From an uncultured Tissierella sp. (GTDB taxonomy: Bacteria; Bacillota; Clostridia; Tissierellales; Tissierellaceae): DNA of 63,981 bases. The position numbers were made by a program, and so were the translations under genes. The notes under the pieces were generated by a model. It made no database searches and was not told the origin of the DNA. It saw only the letters and a list, made by a program, of their open reading frames with translations. Location of the stretch: contig CAZAJU010000001.1 of assembly GCA_964485455.1 (NCBI GenBank), positions 1 to 63,981 of the forward strand, given 5' to 3'. Each line of letters starts with the position of its first letter. Position 1 is the stretch's first letter. Shown here in pieces: positions 32,887-44,885 of this stretch.

Positions 32887-32901
32887 AATCAAGGAGTAAA
32901 G

Positions 32902-33168
32902 ATGAATTTATTAATAACTTCAATAGAGTATTTATTTAATTTTTTGGAAATTTTAATATTCATTAGAGTTTTCATGAGTATTTTTAGAGTATCATTCCAA
33001 AATCCTGTGGGAAGAATTATATATGAGTTGACAGAACCCATACTATCCCCTGCTGCAACTATACTTCATAAGTTGGGTCTTGATAGGGGAATGATAGATT
33101 TTTCTCCATGGGTAGGAATTATCTTATTAAGGTTAGTTTACTCTATAATCCTAAGGATACTCTTGTAA
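32902..33168 (+). CDS. YggT/YlmG family membrane protein
   Basis: IYELTEPIL.P, MIDFSP. Confidence 0.9.
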   Translation: MNLLITSIEYLFNFLEILIFIRVFMSIFRVSFQNPVGRIIYELTEPILSPAATILHKLGLDRGMIDFSPWVGIILLRLVYSIILRILL

Positions 33169-33953
33169 TGAGAATAGATAGGAATAAGTATATATCCCAT
33201 ATAAGGGATATAGATAAACAAAATCTAATGAAGAAAGTAATAGATAAAATAGAAAGGGTATTGAATACTCATACTAGTGAAATTACAGACTTTTTAGATC
33301 CCTATGAAAGAAATCTTGCTAAAGCTATTTTAAATAGTTTCGATGATTTAAAATATGTTGAAGATGGAGGGCTTGAAGTGGCTGAAAGAAAAATCATCCA
33401 AATCTTTCCCTCCTACTTAGATGTAGATGAGCTAGATAAGAGGCTAATTTATCTTAGGGCAACTGGTGATTTTGGGAGCCTTTCTCATAAGGATTTTTTA
33501 GGTGGACTACTAGGAATTGGCATAAAAAGGGAGAAAACTGGAGATATCTTTGTTCATGAGAATTTCGCTGACTTTGTTTTGATGGATGATATTGGAGGAT
33601 ATGTATTATTAAATCTTCAGAAAATTGGAAATCAAAATATTCAAATATCTGAGGTTCAGAAGGAAGAGTTATCCCAACCAAATAATATGTTTAAGGAAAT
33701 ATCAGGATTTGTATCATCATTAAGATTAGATGTTTTAATGAATACAGTCTATAAAATTTCTCGTAGTGATGCTTTAAATATTATAAAATCTGGTAATGTC
33801 AAAGTAAATTGGGAACCCGTAGATAAGCCTTCTTTATTGCTGGTACAAGGAGATGTAATTTCCGCTAAAGGTTATGGAAGGGCAATACTACATTCCATAG
33901 ATGGGGTAAGCAAAAAGGGAAGGACACATGTTAATGTAAGAATACCTATATGA
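33168..33953 (+). CDS. ylmH: YlmH S4-domain RNA-binding protein
   Basis: TDFLDP, HKDFLG, GIKREKTGDI, SLRLD S4 domain; TAATG overlap with yggT stop. Confidence 0.92.
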   Translation: MRIDRNKYISHIRDIDKQNLMKKVIDKIERVLNTHTSEITDFLDPYERNLAKAILNSFDDLKYVEDGGLEVAERKIIQIFPSYLDVDELDKRLIYLRATGDFGSLSHKDFLGGLLGIGIKREKTGDIFVHENFADFVLMDDIGGYVLLNLQKIGNQNIQISEVQKEELSQPNNMFKEISGFVSSLRLDVLMNTVYKISRSDALNIIKSGNVKVNWEPVDKPSLLLVQGDVISAKGYGRAILHSIDGVSKKGRTHVNVRIPI

Positions 33954-33966
33954 TTGGAGTGTTTAT

Positions 33967-34485
33967 ATGATAACGCCATTAGATATTCAAAATAAAAATT
34001 TCAAAAGAGGTTTTAGAGGATATAATGCAAAGGCTGTTGATATTTTTCTAGATGAAGTAACTGTAGACTATGAAAAGATTTATAAGGAAAATATTGAACT
34101 TAAGGATAAGATTAAACTGCTAACTGATCAGATTAGACACTTCAATACCATGGAAGAGACCTTGAAAAAAACCTTGATAATGGCTCAAACTACTGCTGAT
34201 GAAACTACAGCGGCAGCTAGACTAAAGGCAGAAAATATTATAAGTGATGCAGAGCTTGATGGTAAGAAGTTGATTCAAAAGGCTTATGAAGATGTTAAGG
34301 ATATAAAGGCTGAGTATGAATATTTAAAGAAGGAAATCTTTATATTTAAGACTAGATATGAAAACTTCATGCAAGCTCAATTACTATCTGTTAATGATTT
34401 TTATAACAATTTAGAAAAAGATGATTATACTTTATCATCAGATAAAGATATTTCTGAAGAGATAATTAAGGAAGAACTTGTATAG
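33967..34485 (+). CDS. divIVA: Cell division initiation protein DivIVA
   Basis: ITPLDIQNKNF..GFRGY...VD.FLD and coiled coil. Confidence 0.93.
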   Translation: MITPLDIQNKNFKRGFRGYNAKAVDIFLDEVTVDYEKIYKENIELKDKIKLLTDQIRHFNTMEETLKKTLIMAQTTADETTAAARLKAENIISDAELDGKKLIQKAYEDVKDIKAEYEYLKKEIFIFKTRYENFMQAQLLSVNDFYNNLEKDDYTLSSDKDISEEIIKEELV

Positions 34486-34536
34486 AAATATTTTTTAATC
34501 CATGGGAATACTATATGTAAAAACAAGGAGGATACC

Positions 34537-35142
34537 ATGGATATAGAAAAGTTAGAACATTTAAGAAGCAAATTGTTTGCTGAAAAGATGAAGACTATAA
34601 AGATTCTAAATAACATGAATAATATGGAAGAATATTCAAATATGGATAATTACTACAATGAATTATCCCAATATGATAATCATCCAGCTGATATTGGAAC
34701 AGAAACTTTTTTAAGAGAACAGGATGAAGGATTTAAGAATCAACTAAGAGAGTTACTATTTGAAATTGATGAATCTTTTGAGGATATGAAATATGGGAAA
34801 TACGGTATTTGTAGTGTATGTGAGATGGAAATTCCCACTGCTCGCTTGGAGATTATGCCTTATGCTAAAACCTGTAGTAAATGCTCAGAAACAATTAATT
34901 CAGGAGAGAAGTTATATGAATCATTAGATGATGAATATATTACAAAATATAGCAATTATTCCGAAGAAACAGGATATGATAGAGAAGATGCATTTCAGGA
35001 TTTTCTCGAGGTAGATATAGTTTCTGGAGACCCTTCCTTTTCAACAGGGGATTATATAGGTATAGCTAACAAAGAAGATAAAGATGATATTAATGATATT
35101 GAAAATATTTCTCAAGAATATTATGATAGTACGATTAAATAG
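34537..35142 (+). CDS. ylyA: YlyA/YteA-family DksA-like C4 zinc-finger sporulation protein
   Basis: ELSQYDNHPAD.GTE; CSVC...RLE.MP.AKTCSKC; directly upstream of lspA; SigF/G-like -10 GGGAATACTA at 34504-34513. Confidence 0.8.
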   Translation: MDIEKLEHLRSKLFAEKMKTIKILNNMNNMEEYSNMDNYYNELSQYDNHPADIGTETFLREQDEGFKNQLRELLFEIDESFEDMKYGKYGICSVCEMEIPTARLEIMPYAKTCSKCSETINSGEKLYESLDDEYITKYSNYSEETGYDREDAFQDFLEVDIVSGDPSFSTGDYIGIANKEDKDDINDIENISQEYYDSTIK

Positions 35143-35169
35143 CTTCTCTGTCCTTTCAGAGAAGTTTTT
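35143..35169 (+). terminator. Intrinsic terminator
   Basis: CTTCTCTG-TCCTTT-CAGAGAAG-TTTTT. Confidence 0.75.
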
Positions 35170-35220
35170 AATTACGAATAACGAGGAGAATTCTCGTAAT
35201 AAATTTTAGGGGGAAACTAG

Positions 35221-35679
35221 ATGGTTTTTGTTTTATTGCCGATAGTAATTATTATACTAGATCAATTCACTAAGTTCTTGGCTGTTAAGTATCTTGTTGG
35301 GCAACCTCCAATAGTAATAATACCAGAGCACTTTGAGTTTAGATTTGTAAAAAATTTCGGAGCTGCTTTTGGAATCTTGCAGGAGAAAAGAATTTTTTTC
35401 ATTTTAATAACCACTGCTGTAATCATTTTTATTATTGTATTTCTATACAAGAATTTTAAGAGCTTGAGTAATTTCGCAAATTTTTCAATTTTGCTCTTAT
35501 TAGGTGGTGCAGCTGGAAATTATATTGATAGAATTAGATTGGGATATGTTGTGGATTTTATTAGGGTTAATATCTTTAAGAGCTATGATTTTCCTGTCTT
35601 TAATGTAGCAGATATCTTTATCGTTGTAGGAACAATACTTATTGTATTTGTGGTGCTTTTCGATAATCAAATAGGTTAA
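35221..35679 (+). CDS. lspA: Lipoprotein signal peptidase II
   Basis: DQFTK, NFGAAFG, GNYIDR, VVDFI, FNVAD. Confidence 0.96.
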   Translation: MVFVLLPIVIIILDQFTKFLAVKYLVGQPPIVIIPEHFEFRFVKNFGAAFGILQEKRIFFILITTAVIIFIIVFLYKNFKSLSNFANFSILLLLGGAAGNYIDRIRLGYVVDFIRVNIFKSYDFPVFNVADIFIVVGTILIVFVVLFDNQIG

Positions 35680-35689
35680 GGAGAAATAT

Positions 35690-37139
<1,450 letters not shown>

Positions 37140-37142
37140 ATA

Positions 37143-38915
37143 TTAATCTACCTTTTTTAAGTGCTGAATATTTTTTTGTGTAGGATTTACAATTATGGTG
37201 CTAAAGTTTTCATAGATTACCAATCCTATCTTGGCATTCTTAGGTTTCTTGACATTTTTTCTTTTAGTGTAGTCTACAGCCACATGATTTGAATTCTTAC
37301 CTTTACTATAGTAGGCTGCAAGATTAGCTGCTTCTTCTAAAGTAGATAATGGGATTTCTTTTCCTTCAGACTTTATCAACACATGGCTACCTGGCATTTG
37401 TTGTACATGAAGCCAGGTGTCTTCTTTATGAGCGAATTTCATGGTTAGATAGTCATTCTGTCTATTGTTTTTTCCTACATAGATATCAAAGCCATCACTG
37501 GATATATAATGTTGAGGAGGTGATACTTCCTCCTTCTTTTTCTTCTTCTTTGTTTTACTATTTGGTTTTAGATAACCTTCATTAATAAGCTCTTCTTTTA
37601 TTTCATCTAATTCATGAATTTCAGTGGAATTTTCTATACTAATCAATACATTTTCTAAGTATTCTATTTCTGCTTCTGAAGCAGGTATCTGTTCTAAGAG
37701 TAAATTATTAGCATTTTTAAGCTTAGAATATTTCTTGTAATACCTCTGAGCATTTTCTACTGGAGAAAGCTTTATATCCAATGGAATTATTAGGGTTTTC
37801 ATATCTATATCATAAAAATTTTCTAACTCGACTTCTTTTAATCCTTTATAGATTTTATGGATATTCGCAGATATAAGATCAGCATAGATTTTATATTTTT
37901 CCCTGTCCATACTTTCAAAGAGTTCCTCTTTTTGTTTTCCTAGTTTACTCAAAGCCCGATCAAGTTTTATTCCAAGAGATTTTCTTATGGACTGAGATTT
38001 TTGACTAATTCTATCGAGAACATCCTTTTTCCTATAACAGAAATCAAGTACCTCAGATATACTATCTAAATAATTTTTATTCTCCGTACCAAATTGATTT
38101 AAATCCAGACAATGGAAAGCAATTATTTCACTTTCATCCCTATTCGTAATATATAGTGGGCTAAATTTACCTTCAACAATCCTATCAATAAGGCTTTTAA
38201 AGCCATCATATAGGGTTTTTATATCATCTTCTGATAGACTTATAATTGTTCTATCATCATCTAAATATTCAAAGAGGATTTCACGACTTATTAGTGGACT
38301 AAGCCCCAAATAGTTATAATAAAAAAACTTGCTCAAAGAAGTATTTTTGGCTTCATTTGATATTAATTGCATAAATTCTTCTTGATTTGTTTTCAAAGGG
38401 TTCTTTTTGTCCTTAATAGGTGGGTTTTCATATATAGAGCCAGGAAGGATTTGTCGAACTCTTGACATTTCATCGGTGACCCTCTTGATGGAGTCGATTA
38501 TTCTAGAGGACGATTTTTCCATAAGTATTATATTACTGTGCTTGCCCATTATTTCAATAACCAATCTCTTTTCTGTAGGTTGACCTAACTCATCCTGTGA
38601 AGATATATCTATAAAGACAACTCTATCCATTTCATATTGCTCTATGTTTAAAACAATTCCTCCTGAAATGTGTTTTCTCAAGAGCATGCAAAACATCGGG
38701 GGAGTATCAGGATTTTTTTTCGACCCAGCAGTAAGATAAATCCTAGGATTATTACTACTTGCTGACATGATAAGCCTATAGTTAGTTCCATTCTTGTGAA
38801 TATTTATAAATAGCTCATCCTTTTCAGGCTGGTATATTTTATCAATCCTACCTCCAAGAATTGTAGAATTTAGTTCTTTAACTACAGCATTTGTTACTAT
38901 TCCATCAAACGACAT
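37143..38915 (-). CDS. rqcH: Ribosome quality control factor RqcH (NFACT/FbpA)
   Basis: MSFDG, FCMLLRKH, DR, EIMGKHSN, GKNNRQND, PGSHV. Confidence 0.95.
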   Translation of the reverse strand: MSFDGIVTNAVVKELNSTILGGRIDKIYQPEKDELFINIHKNGTNYRLIMSASSNNPRIYLTAGSKKNPDTPPMFCMLLRKHISGGIVLNIEQYEMDRVVFIDISSQDELGQPTEKRLVIEIMGKHSNIILMEKSSSRIIDSIKRVTDEMSRVRQILPGSIYENPPIKDKKNPLKTNQEEFMQLISNEAKNTSLSKFFYYNYLGLSPLISREILFEYLDDDRTIISLSEDDIKTLYDGFKSLIDRIVEGKFSPLYITNRDESEIIAFHCLDLNQFGTENKNYLDSISEVLDFCYRKKDVLDRISQKSQSIRKSLGIKLDRALSKLGKQKEELFESMDREKYKIYADLISANIHKIYKGLKEVELENFYDIDMKTLIIPLDIKLSPVENAQRYYKKYSKLKNANNLLLEQIPASEAEIEYLENVLISIENSTEIHELDEIKEELINEGYLKPNSKTKKKKKKEEVSPPQHYISSDGFDIYVGKNNRQNDYLTMKFAHKEDTWLHVQQMPGSHVLIKSEGKEIPLSTLEEAANLAAYYSKGKNSNHVAVDYTKRKNVKKPKNAKIGLVIYENFSTIIVNPTQKNIQHLKKVD

Positions 38916-38944
38916 AATAATCCTCCATTAACTAGAATAAAACA

Positions 38945-38973
38945 AGTATACCATTTAGAAGAAGAGGGTGCAA
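38945..38973 (-). promoter_or_regulatory. SigA promoter for rqcH
   Basis: Minus strand TTGCAC-N17-TATACT with extended TG. Confidence 0.7.
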
Positions 38974-39182
38974 ATCCATCTTAAGAATTAGTCTAAAGGG
39001 AAATATTACAAAATCCAACAAAAAATATTAAAATAACTTAATAAATAATAGCCTTTTATAATTAAATACCTTATAATTGTTATAATGATATTTAGCTTTA
39101 TTTTCCAATACAATAGATGATGAATATAAATCATCTCATTAATTAAAGCATTTTAAAAACTATAGAATAAAGAGGTGTATTT

Positions 39183-40064
39183 ATGATCAAGAGTATGACC
39201 GGCTATGGCCGCGGAGAGGTACAGAATGACTTATATAAATTCAAAGTTGAAATAAAAGCTGTCAATCACAGATATAACGATATAGTTATAAAAATGCCTA
39301 GACATATATCTTATCTAGAAGAAAGAATTAAAAAAATCATCAAAGAAAAGATAAAAAGAGGCAAGGTAGATGTTTATATCAATCTAGAGTATATAAATGA
39401 ATCCTCAATCGCTGTAAATGTTGATATTCCATTGGCAAAATCATATAAATTAGCCCTAGAGGAATTAGTTAAGGATTTAGAACTAGAGGATAATATAAGA
39501 TTAAATAATATCCTTGGAATTCCTGAGATAGTAAAAACAGAAAGAAAGGAATTAGATGAAGATCTAATTTGGGTATGCTTATCCGAAGCTCTTCACATTG
39601 CAGTAGATAATATCGTAAATATGAGAGAGCTTGAGGGCAAAGAGTTAAAGCTTGATATACTAGAAAAGCTGTCAAATATTGAAGAAATTGCAGATCAAGT
39701 TGAAAAAAGAGCTCCTAATGTAGTCTTAGAATACAAGGATAAGTTAAGAGAAAGAATTAAAACTCTTCTTGAGGATAATGCAGTTCTCGATGAAGATAGA
39801 TTGGGTAGTGAAGTTGTTTTCTTTGCTGATAGATGCAGCATTGATGAGGAAATTGTAAGACTATCAAGTCATATCAAACAATTTAGAATTATCTTAGATG
39901 AAGATGATTCCGTAGGAAGAAAACTTGATTTCTTAACACAAGAACTAAACAGAGAAATCAATACTATTGGCAGCAAGGCTAATGACTTGATTATTACAAA
40001 TCATGTTGTAAATCTTAAAGCGGAAATAGAAAAAATCCGAGAACAGATTCAAAATATTGAATAA
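39183..40064 (+). CDS. yloC: YicC/YloC family endoribonuclease
   Basis: [41 protein letters not shown]. Confidence 0.95.
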   Translation: MIKSMTGYGRGEVQNDLYKFKVEIKAVNHRYNDIVIKMPRHISYLEERIKKIIKEKIKRGKVDVYINLEYINESSIAVNVDIPLAKSYKLALEELVKDLELEDNIRLNNILGIPEIVKTERKELDEDLIWVCLSEALHIAVDNIVNMRELEGKELKLDILEKLSNIEEIADQVEKRAPNVVLEYKDKLRERIKTLLEDNAVLDEDRLGSEVVFFADRCSIDEEIVRLSSHIKQFRIILDEDDSVGRKLDFLTQELNREINTIGSKANDLIITNHVVNLKAEIEKIREQIQNIE

Positions 40065-40075
40065 TGGAGGTATTT

Positions 40076-40333
40076 ATGTCCATAAAACTAATCAATATAG
40101 GGTTTGGGAACATCGTATCTGCTAATAGGATTGTATCTATTGTAAGTCCTGAATCAGCACCAATTAAAAGATTGATACAGGAGAGCAAAGATAGTGGATT
40201 ATTAATAGATGCAACTTATGGTAGGAGAACTAGAGCTGTAATAATAACTGATAGTAAGCATATAATACTTGCAGCAGTTCAGCCTGAAACCATAGCTAAT
40301 AGAATAAATAATACAGTTGAAGCTAATGAATAA
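40076..40333 (+). CDS. remA: RemA (DUF370) regulator
   Basis: [27 protein letters not shown]. Confidence 0.94.
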   Translation: MSIKLINIGFGNIVSANRIVSIVSPESAPIKRLIQESKDSGLLIDATYGRRTRAVIITDSKHIILAAVQPETIANRINNTVEANE

Positions 40334-40355
40334 TACAGAAAGATGGTGGATTAAT

Positions 40356-40970
40356 TTGTCAAAAGGATTTTTATTGGTTCTATCTGGACCTTCAGGAAGC
40401 GGTAAGGGTACAGTTAGTCAAGCCCTAATGAGCAAAAGGGATGATATCGTATTTTCAATTTCTGCTACTACTAGAAAGCCAAGACCTACAGAGGTGAATG
40501 GTGAGAATTATTTCTTTCTTACTCAAGAAGAGTTTGAAAGGATGAAAGAAAATGGTGAGTTCTTAGAGTCAGCCTTTGTGCACACTAATTATTATGGAAC
40601 CCCAAGGAAGTTCGTTATGGATGAAATCGAGAAAGGCGAAATAGTCCTATTGGAGATTGACGTTCAAGGTGCTCTTCAGGTAAAGAAAAATTATAAGGAG
40701 GCTGTCTTTATATTTTTACTACCGCCTACTATGGATGAACTGAGGAATAGAATAGTTAATAGAGGCACAGAGACAGAGGAAGATATAAATACAAGGTTTG
40801 CAAATGCATTTAAGGAACTTGATTTCGTTGGAGAATATGATTTTTTTGTAGTTAATGACCAGGTTGAAAATGCAGTAAAGGATATTGAAGCTATAATAGC
40901 GGCTGAAAAACTTAGAGTAAAAAGACACAAGGATATTAAATTAAGCGTAATGAAACAGGGGGTAAAATAA
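40356..40970 (+). CDS. gmk: Guanylate kinase
   Basis: SGPSGSGKGT, SATTRKPR, YYGTP, LEIDVQG; TTG start. Confidence 0.97.
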   Translation: MSKGFLLVLSGPSGSGKGTVSQALMSKRDDIVFSISATTRKPRPTEVNGENYFFLTQEEFERMKENGEFLESAFVHTNYYGTPRKFVMDEIEKGEIVLLEIDVQGALQVKKNYKEAVFIFLLPPTMDELRNRIVNRGTETEEDINTRFANAFKELDFVGEYDFFVVNDQVENAVKDIEAIIAAEKLRVKRHKDIKLSVMKQGVK

Positions 40971-41180
40971 ATGTTAAATCCGTCATTAAGAAATATTTTA
41001 GATCAAGGGGAAAGCAAATATACACTGGTTATAGCAATATCAAAACGTGCTCGTCAGCTTATTGATGGTGCTAATCCTATGGTGGAAACCACATCTAACA
41101 AACCTGTAACTATAGCATTGGAAGAGTTATTGGAAGGTAAGTTGGAGTATGAAAGCCCAACTAACGAAGAAACCAAGTAG
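40971..41180 (+). CDS. rpoZ: RNA polymerase omega subunit
   Basis: SKYTLV...KRARQL, KPVTIALEE. Confidence 0.95.
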   Translation: MLNPSLRNILDQGESKYTLVIAISKRARQLIDGANPMVETTSNKPVTIALEELLEGKLEYESPTNEETK

Positions 41181-41187
41181 GTAAACT

Positions 41188-42390
41188 ATGTTAAAGGGTA
41201 AGAATATATTATTAGGGGTTACGGGAGGGATAGCTGCATACAAGGCAGCAGACCTAGTTAGTAAACTTGTTAAACAACACGCAAATGTAGATGTGGTTAT
41301 GACAGAAGGAGCAACTAAGTTTGTAACGCCTCTTACATTTCAGACAATGTCTGTAAACCAAGTTCATACAGAGATGTTTAGTCTAATCTCCAACTTTGAT
41401 GTAGAACATATTTCATTAGCTCAGAAAGCGGATATTATACTTGTTGCACCTGCTACAGCTAATACCATAGGAAAAATTGCCAACGGTATAGCTGATAATA
41501 TGCTTACAACAGTTATAATGGCTTCAACTGCTAAGATTATATTTGCACCTGCTATGAATACTAATATGTACAATAATCCTATATTTAAAGAAAATATGGA
41601 AAAATTGAAAAGACTAGGCCATGAGTTTATTCAGCCTGGTGTTGGTAGACTTGCCTGTGGAGATTACGGTGCTGGTAAAATGGCTGAGCCTGAGGATATA
41701 GTAGAGTATGTTATAAAAAGCTTTGTAAAAAAAGATTTGTTAGGGAAAAAAATACTTATAACAGCAGGACCTACTATTGAACCATTGGACCCTGTACGTT
41801 ATATTACAAATCATTCAAGTGGAAAAATGGGCTATAGTATAGCTAAGAATGCAATAGACCGTGGTGGGGAGGTAGTCTTAATTACAGGACCTACTAGCTT
41901 AAAGGTACCAACGGGAGCAAAGGTTGTTAGTGTAAACACAACACAAGAGATGTTCGATGCTGTTGGAAAGTATTTCAAAAGCTGTGATGTTCTTATAAAA
42001 TCAGCAGCACCTTTGGATTACAAACCTGAGACAGTAAGTGAAGTGAAGATAAAGAAAAAGGATGATGGTGTTTTTAGCCTTAATTTAGTAAGAAATCCAG
42101 ATATTGCAGCCTTCTACGGTCAAAAGAAGGAAAAACAAATAATGGTAGGATTTGCAGCAGAAACAAATAATGTCTTAGAATATGCACTGGGAAAGATGAG
42201 AAAGAAGAATTTTGATTTCATAGTAGCAAATGATATAACTGCTTCAGGGGCAGGATTTAAAAAGGATACAAATATAGCAACAATTATAAATAAGGATGGA
42301 GCTGTAGAAGAATTTCCTTTGATGGAAAAAAGTGAACTTGCTGAAAAAATTTTGGATAGAGTATTGTTATTACTTGATAAGGCTAGATAA
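41188..42390 (+). CDS. coaBC: Phosphopantothenoylcysteine decarboxylase/ligase
   Basis: GGIAAYK, PAMNTNM, LACGD.G.G, DPVRYITNHSSGKMG, GFAAET. Confidence 0.97.
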   Translation: MLKGKNILLGVTGGIAAYKAADLVSKLVKQHANVDVVMTEGATKFVTPLTFQTMSVNQVHTEMFSLISNFDVEHISLAQKADIILVAPATANTIGKIANGIADNMLTTVIMASTAKIIFAPAMNTNMYNNPIFKENMEKLKRLGHEFIQPGVGRLACGDYGAGKMAEPEDIVEYVIKSFVKKDLLGKKILITAGPTIEPLDPVRYITNHSSGKMGYSIAKNAIDRGGEVVLITGPTSLKVPTGAKVVSVNTTQEMFDAVGKYFKSCDVLIKSAAPLDYKPETVSEVKIKKKDDGVFSLNLVRNPDIAAFYGQKKEKQIMVGFAAETNNVLEYALGKMRKKNFDFIVANDITASGAGFKKDTNIATIINKDGAVEEFPLMEKSELAEKILDRVLLLLDKAR

Positions 42391-42406
42391 TATATCTAGC
42401 CTTTTT
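42379..42406 (+). terminator. Terminator-like hairpin overlapping the coaBC stop
   Basis: AAGGCTAGATA...TATCTAGCCTTTTT. Confidence 0.7.
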
Positions 42407-42423
42407 AGAAAGGGCTTGATTAG

Positions 42424-44874
42424 ATGAAATATGCTGAAGTGATTGTAGACAATAGAGCATCGGTAATAGATAAACCTTTTACCTATGCAATCAAAGCCTT
42501 TGAAGATATAGCAAAGGAAGGAATGCGTGTAGTAGTTCCATTTGGGAGAGGTAATAAGCCAATAAAAGGCTTTATTATTAGAATATTTGATGATTTTGTT
42601 AATGATTATCCTGTTAAGAATATCATTGAAGTACTGGACGCTCAGCCTTTAGTTTCTAAGGAATTGATAGAGCTTGGTATTTGGATGAAGGATAGGTATT
42701 TAAGTCCTTATTTGGATGCTTTGCAGCCCATATTACCACCTGGAGATTTCAAAGAAATAAATACTTTTATTGAGTTATTGGACGATAAAGAAGGAATATT
42801 GCTCAGTGATGATGAAAATAAGATAATTAATTATTTAAAGATAAAGGGAATTTCAAAATTAGAAGATATTAAAAATGATTTAAGCATTAATAGCATCAAT
42901 TCAGTATTTAAAAAGCTTGAAGAAAATAGAATAATAAGTATTACTTTAGATATTAAGACTTCTATAACTAAGAAACATGAGAAATGGATAAAAATAAAGG
43001 AATCAGATAGAGAAAAAGCATATAGTCTTATTGGAGAAAGAAGCAAAAAACAGATTATAATCTATGATTATCTATTGAAGGTAGAGAAAATCTCATTGAG
43101 AGAGCTTCTTAGCTCTCTTTCAACAAGTTTAAGTACTTTAAGGAATATGGAAGAGAAAAAGATAATTTCTATATATGAAAAAGAAATAATTAGGAATCCC
43201 GTTACCCGTTATATTCCTAAATACAATAAGCACATATTAAATTACCAACAATATTCGGCATTTAGGGTCATAATGGAGAGTATAGATAAGGATAAAAAGG
43301 AAAACTTTCTTATCCATGGAGTAACTGGTAGTGGAAAAACGGAAATATATTTGCAGCTTGTAGAGGAGATGATAAGTCGAAATAAGGATACTATTATTTT
43401 GGTACCTGAGATATCTTTAACTCCTCAAACAATAGATAGATTTGTAGGAAGATTTGGGTCCAAAGTAGCTGTACTTCACAGTAAGCTAAGCCAAGGAGAG
43501 AGATTTGATCAATGGAGGAGTATAAGGGAAGGAGATGTAAAAATAGTTGTAGGTGCAAGATCAGCTATATTTGCTCCTTTTTCAAACTTAGGGTTAATAA
43601 TTATAGACGAGGAGCATGAAAGCACCTATAAATCTTCTCAAAATCCAAAGTATGATACATTAGAAGTTGCCATAAAAAGAAATGAACTAGAAGGTGCATC
43701 AACAGTTATGGGAACAGCTACTCCATCAATAGAGACCTACTATAATTCTATAAATGGAAAGTATAAGCTACTTGAGTTAAAGGAAAGAGCTACTGAAGGT
43801 GATTTACCGGAGGTGGTTTTAATAGATATGAGACAAGAGCTTGAAAATGGCAACAAGTCGATTTTTAGCTTTGAACTATATAATGAGTTAAAGAGAAATC
43901 TGGAAAATAAAAAGCAGACTATATTATTCTTAAATAGAAGGGGATTTTCAACCTTTGTCTCCTGTAGAAGCTGTGGGTATGTAGCAAAATGCCAGAATTG
44001 CGATATATCAATGACTTATCATAGGAACATAGATAAATTGAGATGCCATTATTGCGGGGAAACTTCTACTACCCATGATGTATGTCCATCATGTGGTAGT
44101 AAATATATAAAGTACTTTGGGATTGGCACTGAAAAGGTTGAGGAGCAGACAAGGGAGTTGTTTCAAGGCGCAAGGGTTACAAGAATGGATAGTGATACTA
44201 CTACTGAAAAGGGTAGTTTTGAATCCATTTTAGAAGAGATGAAAAAAGGAGAAATTGACATCTTGATTGGAACTCAGATGATATCAAAGGGCCTTGATTT
44301 TCCGAATGTAACCTTAGTAGGTATTATAGCTGCTGATACTACTTTAAACCTTCCTGATTTTAGGTCTCCAGAGAAAGCCTTTCAGCTAATAACTCAAGTA
44401 GCCGGTAGGTCTGGTAGAGGTGATTATCCTGGAAAGGTAATTCTACAAACCTATAATCCAGATCATTATAGCATTGTTTTTTCAAAGGATCAGGATTATA
44501 AAAGCTTTTATAATATGGAAATAGCACTAAGAAAAGAATTCTTATACCCTCCTTTTATAAATTTAATTAGCATTCTTATATATGGTGAGGATATTTCAAA
44601 GGTTAAGGAAAAAAGTTTTATTTTATATGATATAATTAAGTCGTATATGATAAATATTCATACACAAGATGTGAGTAAATTCTTAATAGGTCCAAATCCT
44701 GCTCCAATTGAGCGAATTAAGAAAAATTTCAGGTGGAAGCTCTTAGTCAAAGCTAATGATAATGAACTAGAAGAGCTTAAAAAACTAATCTATAAAGTTT
44801 GTATACTAGATGAAGAAAAAATAAAAGATGGGGTTAAATTTAGTATTGATATTAACCCACAGACTATACTATAG
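42424..44874 (+). CDS. priA: Primosomal protein N'
   Basis: GVTGSGKT, DEEH, eight-Cys zinc region, QVAGRSGR. Confidence 0.97.
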   Translation: MKYAEVIVDNRASVIDKPFTYAIKAFEDIAKEGMRVVVPFGRGNKPIKGFIIRIFDDFVNDYPVKNIIEVLDAQPLVSKELIELGIWMKDRYLSPYLDALQPILPPGDFKEINTFIELLDDKEGILLSDDENKIINYLKIKGISKLEDIKNDLSINSINSVFKKLEENRIISITLDIKTSITKKHEKWIKIKESDREKAYSLIGERSKKQIIIYDYLLKVEKISLRELLSSLSTSLSTLRNMEEKKIISIYEKEIIRNPVTRYIPKYNKHILNYQQYSAFRVIMESIDKDKKENFLIHGVTGSGKTEIYLQLVEEMISRNKDTIILVPEISLTPQTIDRFVGRFGSKVAVLHSKLSQGERFDQWRSIREGDVKIVVGARSAIFAPFSNLGLIIIDEEHESTYKSSQNPKYDTLEVAIKRNELEGASTVMGTATPSIETYYNSINGKYKLLELKERATEGDLPEVVLIDMRQELENGNKSIFSFELYNELKRNLENKKQTILFLNRRGFSTFVSCRSCGYVAKCQNCDISMTYHRNIDKLRCHYCGETSTTHDVCPSCGSKYIKYFGIGTEKVEEQTRELFQGARVTRMDSDTTTEKGSFESILEEMKKGEIDILIGTQMISKGLDFPNVTLVGIIAADTTLNLPDFRSPEKAFQLITQVAGRSGRGDYPGKVILQTYNPDHYSIVFSKDQDYKSFYNMEIALRKEFLYPPFINLISILIYGEDISKVKEKSFILYDIIKSYMINIHTQDVSKFLIGPNPAPIERIKKNFRWKLLVKANDNELEELKKLIYKVCILDEEKIKDGVKFSIDINPQTIL

Positions 44875-44885
44875 GAGGAAATTAT

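Noticed and set aside
35171-35200. Small inverted repeat ATTACGA...TCGTAAT upstream of lspA as an ncRNA or operator
   Set aside because: Short and imperfect, with no recognisable family motif; cannot be told from chance without conservation data
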